Origin: an uncultured Helicobacter sp.
GTDB lineage: Bacteria > Campylobacterota > Campylobacteria > Campylobacterales > Helicobacteraceae
Assembly: GCA_949287835.1 (NCBI GenBank)
Contig: CASEHV010000014.1
Location: forward strand, 17,576 to 81,575
Reading direction: 5' to 3'
Length of the DNA stretch: 64,000 nt
The position numbers and the translations under genes were made by a program. Below are positions 9,477-19,919 of the stretch, piece after piece (within the stretch, counting starts at the first letter, position 1; every line of letters starts with the position of its first letter). A model generated the notes under the pieces. That model was given only the letters and a program-made list of their open reading frames with translations. It ran no database searches and was not told where the DNA came from.

Positions 9477-10655
9477 CCCTACCCATTTGAGAGGCTAAGA
9501 AAGCTATTAGGGGTGCAACAATATAATTATAGTAATGTGAATCTAAGCATAGGCGAACCCGGATTTAACCCACCTCCTAGCGTTGTGGAATCATTAAAAG
9601 AAAATGCTGAATTGATAAGATATTATCCTAGTTTACAGAAAGATTTAGTTATATCGCAGATTGATTTTGTGAAAAAAAGATTCAATGTGTCATTAGAGGA
9701 AAATGAGATTATTCCTACATTTGGCTCTAGGGAAGTGCTGTTTAATTTCCCTCAATTTATATTCTTAGATAAGAAAAAAGATAAACCCATCATGTCTTTC
9801 CCGAATCCTTTTTACCAAATCTATGAAGGTGTACAGATTGCAAATAATGCGAATGTAATATATATGCCATTAAATGAGGAAAATCATTTTAAACCACAAC
9901 TTTCTTTGAGTGATTGTCAAAAAGTGGATATGGTGATACTTAATTCCCCAAATAATCCGACAGGGCAAACATTAGACATTGATGAATTGGCACGATGGGT
10001 AGAGTTGGCACTAGAGTATGATTTTATTCTTATTAATGATGAATGTTATAGCGAGGTTTATGTAGATACTAGACCTCCTAGTTTGCTTGAGGCTAGTATT
10101 AAGGTGGGGAATACTAACTTTAAAAATGTCTTTGCGATTAATTCTCTTTCTAAAAGATTATCTGTTCCAGGGCTTAGAAGTGGATTTATCGCGGGGGATT
10201 CTAGCATTCTTGAGAAATATAAGATATTTCGCACATATTTGGGAATCAGCATACCAAATACCATTCAGAAAGCTTCAATAATCGCATGGCGTGAGTATGA
10301 ATATGCAGAAATAATACGTAAAAAATTCACACAAAATATAGCTATAGCTCAGAGTATTTTTACAAACAGCACGATTTTCCCTTTTACATTTTATCTATGG
10401 CTAAAAGTACAGGATTGCAATGAGATACATTTAAACTCAAATAGGCTTTTTAACGATGAGGTATTCGCCAGAGAGTTATATGAGAAAAAGGGATATGTGG
10501 TTCTGCCCGGCTCATATCTTGGTAGAAATAATGGCGGAATAGGCTACGTTAGAGTGGCACTTACAAAAGAGGAGGATTTAATGAAAGAAGTGCTAGTAAA
10601 TCTTAAACATTTTAATGATAATTTTATTAATATTCACTCATGTCAGAATCTTTAA
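9477..10655 (+). CDS. Class I/II pyridoxal-phosphate aminotransferase (succinyldiaminopimelate aminotransferase-like)
   Basis: MRFNPYPFERLRKLL N-terminus, NSPNNPTG motif, and SLSKRLSVPGLRSGF (PLP lysine region). Start at ATG 9477 after an AAGAGG SD; the longer ORF (9210) overlaps the PAP2 gene. Confidence 0.8.
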   Translation, partial: PYPFERLRKLLGVQQYNYSNVNLSIGEPGFNPPPSVVESLKENAELIRYYPSLQKDLVISQIDFVKKRFNVSLEENEIIPTFGSREVLFNFPQFIFLDKKKDKPIMSFPNPFYQIYEGVQIANNANVIYMPLNEENHFKPQLSLSDCQKVDMVILNSPNNPTGQTLDIDELARWVELALEYDFILINDECYSEVYVDTRPPSLLEASIKVGNTNFKNVFAINSLSKRLSVPGLRSGFIAGDSSILEKYKIFRTYLGISIPNTIQKASIIAWREYEYAEIIRKKFTQNIAIAQSIFTNSTIFPFTFYLWLKVQDCNEIHLNSNRLFNDEVFARELYEKKGYVVLPGSYLGRNNGGIGYVRVALTKEEDLMKEVLVNLKHFNDNFINIHSCQNL

Positions 10656-11527
10656 AGCAAACCAAATCTCAATATCTCATCATAGCTAGGTATAGATGAG
10701 ATAGCACCCTTTCTAGTTACACTCATTGCGGCTACTCTATTAGCAAAATCTATTGCCCTCTGCATTCTCTCTCCATAAGAGATTCTAATTGCCAATGCAC
10801 CAAGGAAGCTATCTCCTGCGGCAGTCGTATCCACTACCTTTACCTTGTGTGCGTCAAAATGCTCTCGTGTATCTTTTGAGATAAGTTCGCAACCCTTGCT
10901 TCCTAATGTTAGGACAATATGCTCCACTCCACAGCCAAGGACATAGTCTATTCCGCCAACAATCTCTATCTCAGTCTCATTTGGCACAAGTATATTTACA
11001 CAACCTAAAAAATCCTCATCAAGCCTTACGGCAGGCGATGGATTCAAAATCACGGTTTTATCTAGCTTTCTTGCCAACATCGCTACATGTTTTGCAAAAT
11101 GAAGTGGAATCTCAAGTTGTATAATCACAATGTCAAATTGATTTAAAAAATCCTCTGTTACATCATCATTTGTAAGAAGTGCATTTGCCCCCGCTGAGAC
11201 CATGATATGATTTGCCCCATTTTTATCTAGTGTAATTACCGCTATGCCACTAGATATATTTTCTTTTATCAAAATATGCGTAGTATCTACGCCACTACTT
11301 TTTAATGATTCTAAAAGCTCTGTGCCAAACACATCGTTTCCTAGTGCACCTAGCAAACTAACATTTCCCCCAAGCTTTGCAATAGCAGATGCTTGATTTG
11401 CCCCCTTGCCACCGTTGCTACTCTCAAAGCTTTTAGCAAGAATGGTTTGCCCCTCAAGCGGAAAGTCATCTACTCTAAGCACCAAATCTTTATTAATGCT
11501 ACCTACAACGAGAATCTGTTTTTGCAT
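10652..11527 (-). CDS. rbsK: Ribokinase
   Basis: 291 aa with motifs GGKGANQA, NETE, DTTAAGDSF. It lies directly downstream of the rbsB remnant. Confidence 0.9.
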   Translation of the reverse strand: MQKQILVVGSINKDLVLRVDDFPLEGQTILAKSFESSNGGKGANQASAIAKLGGNVSLLGALGNDVFGTELLESLKSSGVDTTHILIKENISSGIAVITLDKNGANHIMVSAGANALLTNDDVTEDFLNQFDIVIIQLEIPLHFAKHVAMLARKLDKTVILNPSPAVRLDEDFLGCVNILVPNETEIEIVGGIDYVLGCGVEHIVLTLGSKGCELISKDTREHFDAHKVKVVDTTAAGDSFLGALAIRISYGERMQRAIDFANRVAAMSVTRKGAISSIPSYDEILRFGLL

Positions 11528-11530
11528 TTA

Positions 11531-12335
11531 TTATTTTGCCTCTTGCTTAATGAGTTTTACTTCCACAGGAATGTTTTTTTCTATTTTTTCCCCATTAATG
11601 ATTTTTAGTGCATTTTGCACCGCTACGCTTCCCATTAACTCTGGCTGCTGTGCTATGGTCGCACTCATTTTTCCCCTCCTCTATAGCACTCATCGCATCA
11701 TCTGTTGCATCAAAGCCCACTATGACAATATTTCTATTTCCTATCGCCTCTAGGGCTCCTAGTGCCATTTCATCATTGTGTGCAAATACGCCTTTTATGT
11801 CTGGATTTGCCTGCAATATATTTTCCATGACGCTTAAGCCTTGCGCTCTATTGAAATTTGCACTTTGAATTGCCACTACTGATAATTCCTTATCTGCTAC
11901 TAAATGAAAGCCTTTTCCTCTATCTATGGTAGCAGATGCTCCAGGAATGCCAATTAATTCCGCGACTTTAGAATCTTTCCCCACAAGCTCTACTAGATAT
12001 TTTGCAGCCATTGTAGCACCCTCTACATTATCTGAGATAATTTGACTTGTTACCTCTACGCCATTTACTGCTCTATCTAGGGCTATTACAGGGATATTTG
12101 CTTTTAGTGCATCTTTAATTACAGGGGCAATAGCATCGGAATCTACGGGATTAACTATAATGACACTAACCTTTTTAGCGATTAAATCCTCGATGTCATT
12201 ACTCTGCTTTGCACTATCATCAGAGGCATTTACTACTGCTAATTTTACATTTAGTTTTTTAGCCTCCTCCTCTGCACCCTTTGCTAGATTCACAAAAAAC
12301 GGATTATTCAATGTGGATATGGCAAGACCTATAGT
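11531..12335 (-). pseudogene. rbsB: Ribose ABC transporter substrate-binding protein RbsB, N-terminally truncated and frameshifted
   Basis: The reading frame begins abruptly at TIGLAISTLNNPFF with no signal peptide and no start codon. At the A5 run (11668-11672 on the plus strand) the frame shifts. The +1 frame continues with the canonical RbsB C-terminus MSATIAQQPELMGSVAVQNALKIINGEKIEKNIPVEVKLIKQEAK, ending at 11531. Confidence 0.85.
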
Positions 12336-13185
12336 CCATACACACCTAGGATTTCGCCATAGTGTAAATCAAAGGAAATATCTTTAAAATGCTTTTTATG
12401 GCTAAAACTCTTAATTCTTAATGCTAGGGATTTCTGCCTTTTTAACGTCTTTGGGAATCTATCTCCAATCTCCCTGCCTATCATCATATTTACCACTTCA
12501 TCTATGCAGGTATCTTTTATATTTTTTGTGCCGACAAATTCTCCATCTCGTAGCACCGTGATTCTATCGCAGAGTAGAAAAATCTCCTCCATTCTATGAG
12601 AAATATAAACAATACTAACTTTTTCTTTTTTAGATTCTCTATGATTTCAAAAAGATGTTTTGTCTCGCTATGTGTTAGGGCAGCGGTTGGCTCGTCCATA
12701 ATAATTACCCGAGATTCACAAAGTAGCGCCTTTGCAATCTCTATCATCTGCCTTTGCCCCACAGATAAATCTCCTAGCCTTGTATTGACATTAATATTCA
12801 TGCCAAGCTTTTGTAGTAATTGTGTCGATTTTTTCTGCATAGATTTTTTATCTAAAATGCCAAAACGATTATATATCTCTTTGCCTAGAAAAATATTTTC
12901 CTCAATACTCATATCAAGCAGATTATTTAGCTCCTGATGTATAAAAACAATACCATTTTTCTCCGCATCTTTTGGGTGGCTAAATGATATGGGCTTGTCA
13001 TCTATGAAAATTTCCCCACTATCCATACTATACACGCCTGTTAGAATCTTCATAAGCGTAGATTTCCCCGCACCATTCTCTCCCATTAATGCGTGCATTT
13101 CTCCAGAATCTAAATGGAATCTAACATTATTTAGAATCCTAACAGAGCCAAAACTTTTTGTAATATCCCTCATTTCAATATTCAT
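12329..13185 (-). pseudogene. rbsA: Ribose import ATP-binding protein RbsA, frameshifted and truncated within the second nucleotide-binding domain
   Basis: NBD1 is intact (GENGAGKST, LSVGQRQ, IIMDEPT). The frame breaks in the A6-G-A5 tract at 12620-12631. The second ORF resumes with MEEIFLLCDRITVLRDGEFVG.. and stops at ..GEILGVYGL, just before the NBD2 Walker A motif, where it abuts rbsB sequence at 12335/12336. Confidence 0.85.
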
Positions 13186-13338
13186 AAGTCTCTCCGTGAG
13201 ATAGAGACTACTTAAATCGCATTTGTTAAGTCAAGTTTATATCCAAAAATCACTCATTGTATATATTACATGTTACAAACATATACAAAACCCCCACCCA
13301 AATCCGATTCTATCCCAAACACAAAAGCGGAGATATAT

Positions 13339-13902
13339 ATGGACAATCAATACCTAGATTCTATACAAAGCTTTTTCACAAATCTATGCAGCACCATAGG
13401 CGAGAGCAAGGATAGAGAGGGATTAGCAAAGACGCCACACAGACTAGCGGAGCTATATCAGAATCTTTTTAGCGGATACAAAAGAGACCCAAATCAAGCA
13501 CTAAACTCCATCTTTAGCGATGGTGTATGTAACGAGATGATAATCATTCGCGACATTGAGTTTTACTCCATGTGTGAGCATCATTTACTGCCTTTTTTTG
13601 GCAAAATCTCGATTGGCTACATTCCAAATGACAAGATAGCAGGTATCTCAAATTTCGCAGAGCTAATCGATATTTTTGCACGCCGCCTTCAGATACAAGA
13701 GAATCTCACGACACAAATCGCAGACACAATCATGCACTCGCTAAATCCAAAGGGCATCATGGTTGTATGCGAGGCACTTCATCTCTGCATGGCTATGCGT
13801 GGATTGCAAAAGCAGAATGCAAAGATTATTACATCAGCGGTTCGCGGACTTTTCCAGAAAGATTCTAGGACTAGAATGGAGTTTATGAAACTAATAAGTT
13901 AA
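13339..13902 (+). CDS. folE: GTP cyclohydrolase I
   Basis: Motifs REGLAKTPHRLAELY, CEHHLLPFFGK, RRLQIQENLT. Start at MDNQYL (ATG 13339). Confidence 0.95.
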   Translation: MDNQYLDSIQSFFTNLCSTIGESKDREGLAKTPHRLAELYQNLFSGYKRDPNQALNSIFSDGVCNEMIIIRDIEFYSMCEHHLLPFFGKISIGYIPNDKIAGISNFAELIDIFARRLQIQENLTTQIADTIMHSLNPKGIMVVCEALHLCMAMRGLQKQNAKIITSAVRGLFQKDSRTRMEFMKLIS

Positions 13903-13907
13903 TGTAA

Positions 13908-14585
13908 AATGCTGTTTTAATTTCTCATAAGGAATCTAAAGATTTTCTCTACAACAACCTCTTCACCCGCTACACGCTGCATAAGGACTTCCCGTATATC
14001 TATGACTTCACAGGCACACTGCAGGGGGCAAAAGCGGCACTTGATTGTATACAAAAACTCTATGACAAAGAGAAGTTTAAAAAGCAAAATGAGCACCAGT
14101 TCGAAGATGACTTCATCACCGCAGTGCTCAAGATTCTAGGCTGGGAATTTCTGCGTCAAGAGGAGAAAATCGTGCAGGGCAGGCTAGAGAAGCCCGACTT
14201 TTTGCTTTTCTCAAGTGGAGAGCTAAAAGAGGAATATATCTCTATACCCAAAGAGAGCAGAGCAGCGAGTAACGCAATCTTTGATGTCATCTTAGAGGCA
14301 AAGGCATGCAGCATTCCAATCGACAATAAAAAGATAAAAGGCAATCCGCATTTCCAAATCCTGCGCTACCTCTCTAGCCTCAAAAAAGACTATGGATTCC
14401 TAAGCAACGGACGCACCTGGTGCTTCTTGGATAACTCCAAACTCACCAGCACAAAGGTCTTTTATGAGATAGACTTAGAGGCAATCTTAGAGATGGACGC
14501 AGAGGAGGCGCTAGAGGATTCTTTAGTAGATGAGTTGCTTTGCAAATCACGTCATATTGAGGCTTTAATTGAAATATCTTTATAA
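13908..14585 (+). pseudogene. Remnant of a restriction enzyme N-terminus (HsdR_N / type IIG-like PD-ExK nuclease domain), without start codon and C-terminally truncated
   Basis: A 226-codon open frame starts right after a TAA, with no ATG; the first start-like codon is GTG 14124. Sequence ..FEDDFITAVLKILGWEF..EKPDFLLF..DVILEAK..PHFQILRYL..YGFLSNGRTWCF shows the PD..(D/E)xK and GxLxNGxxW signatures of restriction-enzyme N-terminal nuclease domains. No methylase or helicase part follows; repeats follow instead. Confidence 0.65.
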
Positions 14586-14591
14586 TTAACT

Positions 14592-15051
14592 CAGAATCTA
14601 AATTCTTCGCCAAAGGCTTACAATGACGATATCCGCCGTCATGTTGAACAAAGCGAAATATCTATGGAATCAATGTAGAATCTAGATTCTTCAAATTTTC
14701 GTCATTCTGAGAGCAAGTCGAAGAATTTAGATTCTTCAGATGCGTTCAGAATAACCCAAATTTACAAAAATTATATTCCTCATTCATTCAGACGTCATGT
14801 TGAGCGTAGCGAAACATTTTTGTTTTTAGAACCTGTTTAAGTGGATTCTAATACTCATCACCATTGCAGAAAGGTGTCATGGGGATGGGTATGTCATTCT
14901 GATCTTTTGATGAAGAATCTTTTATTTTTGGAATCTAGATTCTTAATATTAGTTCAAAAAGCGAATCTAAATTCCAAAAAAGATGTTTCGGGCTTTGCCC
15001 TCAACATGACATTTGTGTCATTCTGAATAAATGTGAAGAATCTAAATTCTT
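14592..15051. repeat. Intergenic cluster 1 of composite hairpin repeats (units A, B and palindrome C)
   Basis: Unit A GTCATGTTGA..GCGAAA.ATCT at 14638-14663 and 14794-14817, and reversed at 14981-15010. Unit B GTCATTCTGA-N-GAAGAATCTA at 14701-14731, 14893-14920 and 15018-15045, and reversed at 14597-14627. Palindrome AGAATCTAGATTCT at 14677-14690 and 14931-14943, plus A/G variants at 14593, 14722, 14962 and 15038. Confidence 0.85.
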
Positions 15052-15087
15052 AAAACCAAATTTTTTCCTCCTGCTTTTAAAAGATTC

Positions 15088-15705
15088 CTAGTTAATATAC
15101 TCCAAACTCTCTTTTGCAATTTTTGTAATCTCTCCCCATTGTTTATTTTCTAAAATATCTTTTGGCGTAAGCCATGAGCCGCCAACGCAGAGGACATTCT
15201 CAAGTGCTAAATAGGATTTGATATTATTAAGAGAAATGCCACCTGTGGGACAGAATCTCACTTCGCTAAAAACAGGGGCAAGGGATTTTAACATCGCCAC
15301 GCCGCCAGATGATTCTGCAGGAAAGAATTTGAGATTACTAAAACCAAACTCAAGGGCTAGCATAAGCTCACTTGGCGTAGAGACTCCTGGTATTAGAGGA
15401 ATGTCAAGATTCTTACTCTCCTTTGCTAGACTTGGCGTTAATCCCGGGCTAATGGCAAATTTTGCTCCCGCTTTTTTTACCGCCTCTAGCTCCCTCTCAT
15501 TTGTTACCGTCCCAGCACCCACAACTGCATTTGGCACTTCATTTGCAATGCGTCTAATGCCCTCTAGCCCCGCTTTTGTCCGTAATGTGATTTCTAGGAT
15601 TCTAATGCCACCTTCTATAAGTGCATTTGCCAAATCTATGCTTGTATCTGCATTATAGAGTGTAATCACAGGAATGATTTTACTGATTTTTAAAAACTCT
15701 TGCAT
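15088..15705 (-). CDS. eda: 2-dehydro-3-deoxyphosphogluconate (KDPG) aldolase
   Basis: 205 aa with GIRILEITLRT, GAGTV and FCPTGGIS motifs. It lies immediately downstream of edd. Confidence 0.9.
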   Translation of the reverse strand: MQEFLKISKIIPVITLYNADTSIDLANALIEGGIRILEITLRTKAGLEGIRRIANEVPNAVVGAGTVTNERELEAVKKAGAKFAISPGLTPSLAKESKNLDIPLIPGVSTPSELMLALEFGFSNLKFFPAESSGGVAMLKSLAPVFSEVRFCPTGGISLNNIKSYLALENVLCVGGSWLTPKDILENKQWGEITKIAKESLEYIN

Positions 15706-15751
15706 ATTGTTCCTTTATCTAAAATTTTACTTGAATCATCAAATAAAATAG

Positions 15752-17578
15752 CTATTTGAAATATCCTCCAAAGCTAGTTGCCCCAGTCTCTGCACTGCTA
15801 GCATTTGCCCTAAAACTTGCAAAAAGCTCCACACCACAGCCAAACTGCTCCTCTCTTTGTGGAATCACAATCTCCCTTTGCTCCCATTCTTTTTCATCAA
15901 CTAGCACTTCTAGCACACCTCTTTTGGCATCTAAAAGCATCATATCACCATCTCTAATCTTAGCGATATTCCCGCCTAGCAAAGCCTCTGGGCTAAGATG
16001 AATGGCAGCGGGAATCTTGCCTGATGCTCCAGACATACGGCCATCCGTTACAAGTGCTACTTTGTATCCTTGGTCTTGCAGGATTCCCAAAATAGGTGTT
16101 AGCTTATGCAATTCTGGCATTCCACTCGCACATGGTCCCTGATAGGCAATCACAGCTATGAAATCTCTTTGCAATTTTTTCTCCTCAAAGCTTTTTTGAA
16201 ACTCACTTTGAGAGTGAAAGACTAATGCAGGGGCTTTTATGACTTGATGTTCCTCTTTGACTGCTGAGATTTTTATCACCGCCCTGCCTACATTTCCTCT
16301 TAGAATCTTTACACCGCCATTATCGCTGAAAGGATTCTCTACGCCTCTAAGGATACTCTCCTCCCCGCTTACTTTAGCACCATCTCTATACACTAGTCTC
16401 TCTGCTAGAGGTTTATTATCCTCTAGTAAGAAAGGATTCTTAGTATATGCCTCCATGCCAACGCCCATTATCGTATTGACATCATCATGCAAAAGACCCG
16501 CTTTTAATAGCTCATGCACGATAAAGGCAATGCCCCCTGCTGCCTCGAACTGATTCACATCTGCCTTGCCATTTGGATATACCCTTGCTAAAAGTGGAAT
16601 GAGAGAGGAGATTGCATCAAAGTCTTCCCAATCAATGATTACTCCCGCCGCTTTTGCTATGGCTACTAAATGTATAGTGTGATTTGTAGAACCACCCGTT
16701 GCCATAAGTCCTATCATAGCATTAACAATATTTTTCTCACTTACAATCTCGCCTATGGGCTTTACCTCTTTACTTGCAAGATGAGCTGCTCCTGCTCTCA
16801 CTAGAGATTCTCGCAATGTCGTGTTTGGATTGATAAATGCAGAGTTTGGCAGATGCATCCCCATAAACTCTATCATCATCTGATTAGAATTAGCAGTGCC
16901 ATAAAATGTGCAGGTACCGACATCATGATAGGATTTCATCTCACTCAATAAAAGCTCATCACGAGAGATTTTCCCCTCTGCAAAAAGTTGTCTTGCCTTT
17001 GATTTTTCATCATTTGAGATTCCACTTGTCATAGGACCGGAGGGTATGAAAATGCTAGGCAGATGCCCAAAGCTAAGTGCACCGATAAGCAGACCTGGTA
17101 CTATCTTATCACACACGCCAAGATAAAAGGCGCCATCAAAGACATTATGAGAGAGGGCAACTGCCACACTCATAGCGATAACATCTCGTGAAAAAAGACT
17201 TAACTGCATTCCCTCATAGCCCTGTGTGATTCCATCACACATAGCAGGTACACCACCTGCAAACTGCGCTAATGATCCGCGTTTAAAAACTTCCTCTTTG
17301 ATTAAATCTGGATAGTTTTTAAAAGGTTGGTGTGCAGATAGCATGTCATTATACGCTGAGACTATGGCAAAATTTGGTTTTTCACTTTTTTCTATATTTT
17401 CCTTGATATGTTTGGGGATACTTGCATAAGCATGGGCGAGATTAGCACAGCCTAAATCCTTGCGAGATACCTTTCCCTTGCTTTTGCTAGATTCTAATCG
17501 TTGTAGATATGCCTCTCTTGTTTTCTTGCTTTTTTCTGAGATTCTTTGGGTAATTTCTATGAGCTTTCTTTGTGCCAT
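15752..17578 (-). CDS. edd: Phosphogluconate dehydratase
   Basis: 608 aa, IlvD/Edd family ([21 protein letters not shown]), paired with eda. Confidence 0.9.
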   Translation of the reverse strand: MAQRKLIEITQRISEKSKKTREAYLQRLESSKSKGKVSRKDLGCANLAHAYASIPKHIKENIEKSEKPNFAIVSAYNDMLSAHQPFKNYPDLIKEEVFKRGSLAQFAGGVPAMCDGITQGYEGMQLSLFSRDVIAMSVAVALSHNVFDGAFYLGVCDKIVPGLLIGALSFGHLPSIFIPSGPMTSGISNDEKSKARQLFAEGKISRDELLLSEMKSYHDVGTCTFYGTANSNQMMIEFMGMHLPNSAFINPNTTLRESLVRAGAAHLASKEVKPIGEIVSEKNIVNAMIGLMATGGSTNHTIHLVAIAKAAGVIIDWEDFDAISSLIPLLARVYPNGKADVNQFEAAGGIAFIVHELLKAGLLHDDVNTIMGVGMEAYTKNPFLLEDNKPLAERLVYRDGAKVSGEESILRGVENPFSDNGGVKILRGNVGRAVIKISAVKEEHQVIKAPALVFHSQSEFQKSFEEKKLQRDFIAVIAYQGPCASGMPELHKLTPILGILQDQGYKVALVTDGRMSGASGKIPAAIHLSPEALLGGNIAKIRDGDMMLLDAKRGVLEVLVDEKEWEQREIVIPQREEQFGCGVELFASFRANASSAETGATSFGGYFK

Positions 17579-17679
17579 TGACCTTCCTTAAAGATTCTTA
17601 TACGAACAATTATGCTATATTTCTGCAAAGAAATCGCTGAATATTGATATATTATGAAATTTATTGCAAAGGATAATCT

Positions 17680-19065
17680 ATGAAAACTCTTGATTTTATC
17701 TTGTTTGGCGCCACTGGTGATTTGGCAATGCGAAAGATTTTTCCTTCTTTATTTGCGGCTTTTAGAGATGGATTTTTACCGCATTCCTTGCGTATTATAG
17801 CGACAAGTAGAAGCGAATTTAGCAAAGCAGAATTTGAGAGTGAATTACAGAGACGTTCTAAAATCCACATAGAGCATTGTGATGAAAAAATATGGGGAGA
17901 TTTTACTCATCATATTCACTACGTTAGCACAGACCTTAACAAAAATCTTGAGAATCTCAAAGAAATGCTAGGAAATGGTAGTGAAAATATTGTTATTTAT
18001 CTTTCCATTTCTCCGGAATTTTTCATAAAAGCTTGTAAGAATCTTGCAGCAATCTCTCTCAATGATGAGAGGGTGAAAATCGTTTTAGAAAAACCACTAG
18101 GCAGAGATTTGAAATCCTGCAATGACATAAATGACGAGATTGCAAAATATTACAAAGAGGAGCAAATCTATCGCATAGACCATTATTTAGGTAAGGAAAG
18201 CATACAAAATATCCTGTTTTTGAGAGCTTACAATCCTTTTTTATCTTCTCTTTGGAATAAAGAGCATATAGAATGTGTGGAAATAACCGTTTTTGAGACA
18301 TTAGGCGTTGAGAATCGTGGCGAGTTTTATGAACGTATGGGAGCATTGCGTGATATGTTGCAAAATCACATGCTACAGATTCTATCTCTTGTTTCAATGA
18401 AGATTCCACAAACTCTAAATGCAGACAGCATAAGGGTGGCAAAATGTGAGATTCTAAAAAGTCTAAAAACATGGGATAAAGAAAATCTAAAAAACAATGC
18501 CATTAGAGCGCAATATGCAAAAAGCGGGGAGCTTCGCGGCTATGTGGAGGAGGAAAATGTGGCAAAAGATTCCAAAACAGAGACATTTTGCGCCATAAAA
18601 ACAGAACTTTTAGATGAGAATTGGCGTGGTGTGCCTTTTTATCTTAGAACGGGAAAACGTATGGCAAAATCCTTTGTGCAAGTCGTGATTACCTTTAAAA
18701 ATAATGCCACCCATACAAATAAACTCATCATTTCTCTGCAACCTCAAAGCAATATTAGCCTCAATCTAGCGGTAAAAAAGATTGGCAAAAATACAGAATA
18801 TGAGGAAAAAATGCTAAATCTCAATCTTGATAGTAAAGATTCTATGCAGCCTTATGAAAGATTGATTTTAGATGTCATTGATAATAATCCCACCTCTTTT
18901 AATCACAAGGCAGAGTTAGAAGCCGCATGGAAATGGATAGACCCGATTTTAGAGAGTTGGCAAAACGATGAAAGTCCTCTATACTACTATCCCGCAGGTA
19001 GTCATGGTCCAATGGAATCTTTTTCTCTTTTACAAAAAGATGGACACTCATGGCATAATGCCTAG
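17680..19065 (+). CDS. zwf: Glucose-6-phosphate 1-dehydrogenase
   Basis: FGATGDLAMRK NADP motif, RIDHYLGKE active-site motif, DMLQNHMLQ. Confidence 0.95.
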   Translation: MKTLDFILFGATGDLAMRKIFPSLFAAFRDGFLPHSLRIIATSRSEFSKAEFESELQRRSKIHIEHCDEKIWGDFTHHIHYVSTDLNKNLENLKEMLGNGSENIVIYLSISPEFFIKACKNLAAISLNDERVKIVLEKPLGRDLKSCNDINDEIAKYYKEEQIYRIDHYLGKESIQNILFLRAYNPFLSSLWNKEHIECVEITVFETLGVENRGEFYERMGALRDMLQNHMLQILSLVSMKIPQTLNADSIRVAKCEILKSLKTWDKENLKNNAIRAQYAKSGELRGYVEEENVAKDSKTETFCAIKTELLDENWRGVPFYLRTGKRMAKSFVQVVITFKNNATHTNKLIISLQPQSNISLNLAVKKIGKNTEYEEKMLNLNLDSKDSMQPYERLILDVIDNNPTSFNHKAELEAAWKWIDPILESWQNDESPLYYYPAGSHGPMESFSLLQKDGHSWHNA

Positions 19066-19211
19066 TTTATCTTTACATTTTGTTATATTGCATAATAAAA
19101 TTAGGAAAAAGTGAAACATAATACAGAATCTCCCCACCTTTTTTTGACTGCAAATTTGCTTTTTTTCATGTTTTTTTGTAATCTAAAACGGATAACATGA
19201 AAAGGAAATAT

Positions 19212-19919
19212 ATGTCGTTTGAGATATATGAGTTTGCAAATAGTGAGGAAAAAGATTATGCTTTATCTAAGAATTTTGCCGCACTCATTAAAGGAAGTCT
19301 TGAGATTCTTAGATTGAGAGGTTTGCAAGATTCTCTAGTTTTAGCATTCTCTGGTGGCAAGTCCCCCATAGTTTTTTTGAATCATTTAAGTAAAGAAAAA
19401 CTACAATGGGAAAAATGCTATATTTCTTTGGTCGATGAGAGAATAGTAAATACAGAGCATGAGGATAGTAATACAAAATTACTGCATACACATCTGCTAG
19501 AGAATCATGCCAAAAATGCTGCTTTCATTCCCATGCTAAAAAATGAATGGCAGGAATCTTTGCAAATAGATGAAATAGTAAAATTAGCAAACACAGGCTA
19601 TAAGCAACCCGATTTTGCAATTCTTGGCATGGGGAATGATGGACACACTGCTTCTCTTTTTTCAAATGCTAAGGAATTTGAATACGCTATCACGACAGAG
19701 GATAATATCGTTAGCACAACGCCAAAAGATGCCCCCTATCAAAGACTCTCTTTATCATTAAATGCCTTGCAGAAATGCAAAAAACTTTTTCTCTCCATAT
19801 CTGGGGAGGAAAAATTTGCCATTTTACAGGAGGCACTAAAGGGTATTAATCCTCTTTTGCCTATTTCCTACATACTCCACTCAAGAAAGGTTTGTTGCGA
19901 TGTCTATTACTCAAGATAA
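19212..19919 (+). CDS. pgl: 6-phosphogluconolactonase
   Basis: [14 protein letters not shown] and [13 protein letters not shown] motifs. Start chosen at the second ATG (19212, AAGGAA SD); the ORF track begins at 19197. Confidence 0.85.
   Translation: MSFEIYEFANSEEKDYALSKNFAALIKGSLEILRLRGLQDSLVLAFSGGKSPIVFLNHLSKEKLQWEKCYISLVDERIVNTEHEDSNTKLLHTHLLENHAKNAAFIPMLKNEWQESLQIDEIVKLANTGYKQPDFAILGMGNDGHTASLFSNAKEFEYAITTEDNIVSTTPKDAPYQRLSLSLNALQKCKKLFLSISGEEKFAILQEALKGINPLLPISYILHSRKVCCDVYYSR

Noticed and set aside
13187-13209. Hairpin AGTCTCT-N9-AGAGACT sequestering the rbsA SD
   Set aside because: It could be a translational control element or an operator half-site. However, it is only a 7-bp stem and the downstream gene is a pseudogene, so there is not enough support.
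14592-15051. Whether the two repeat clusters (here and at 60395-60840) are CRISPR arrays
   Set aside because: The unit spacing is irregular (24, 61, 131, 137 and 156 bp). Units occur in both orientations and as several different modules. The material between units is itself repeat-derived, and no cas genes or leader are present.
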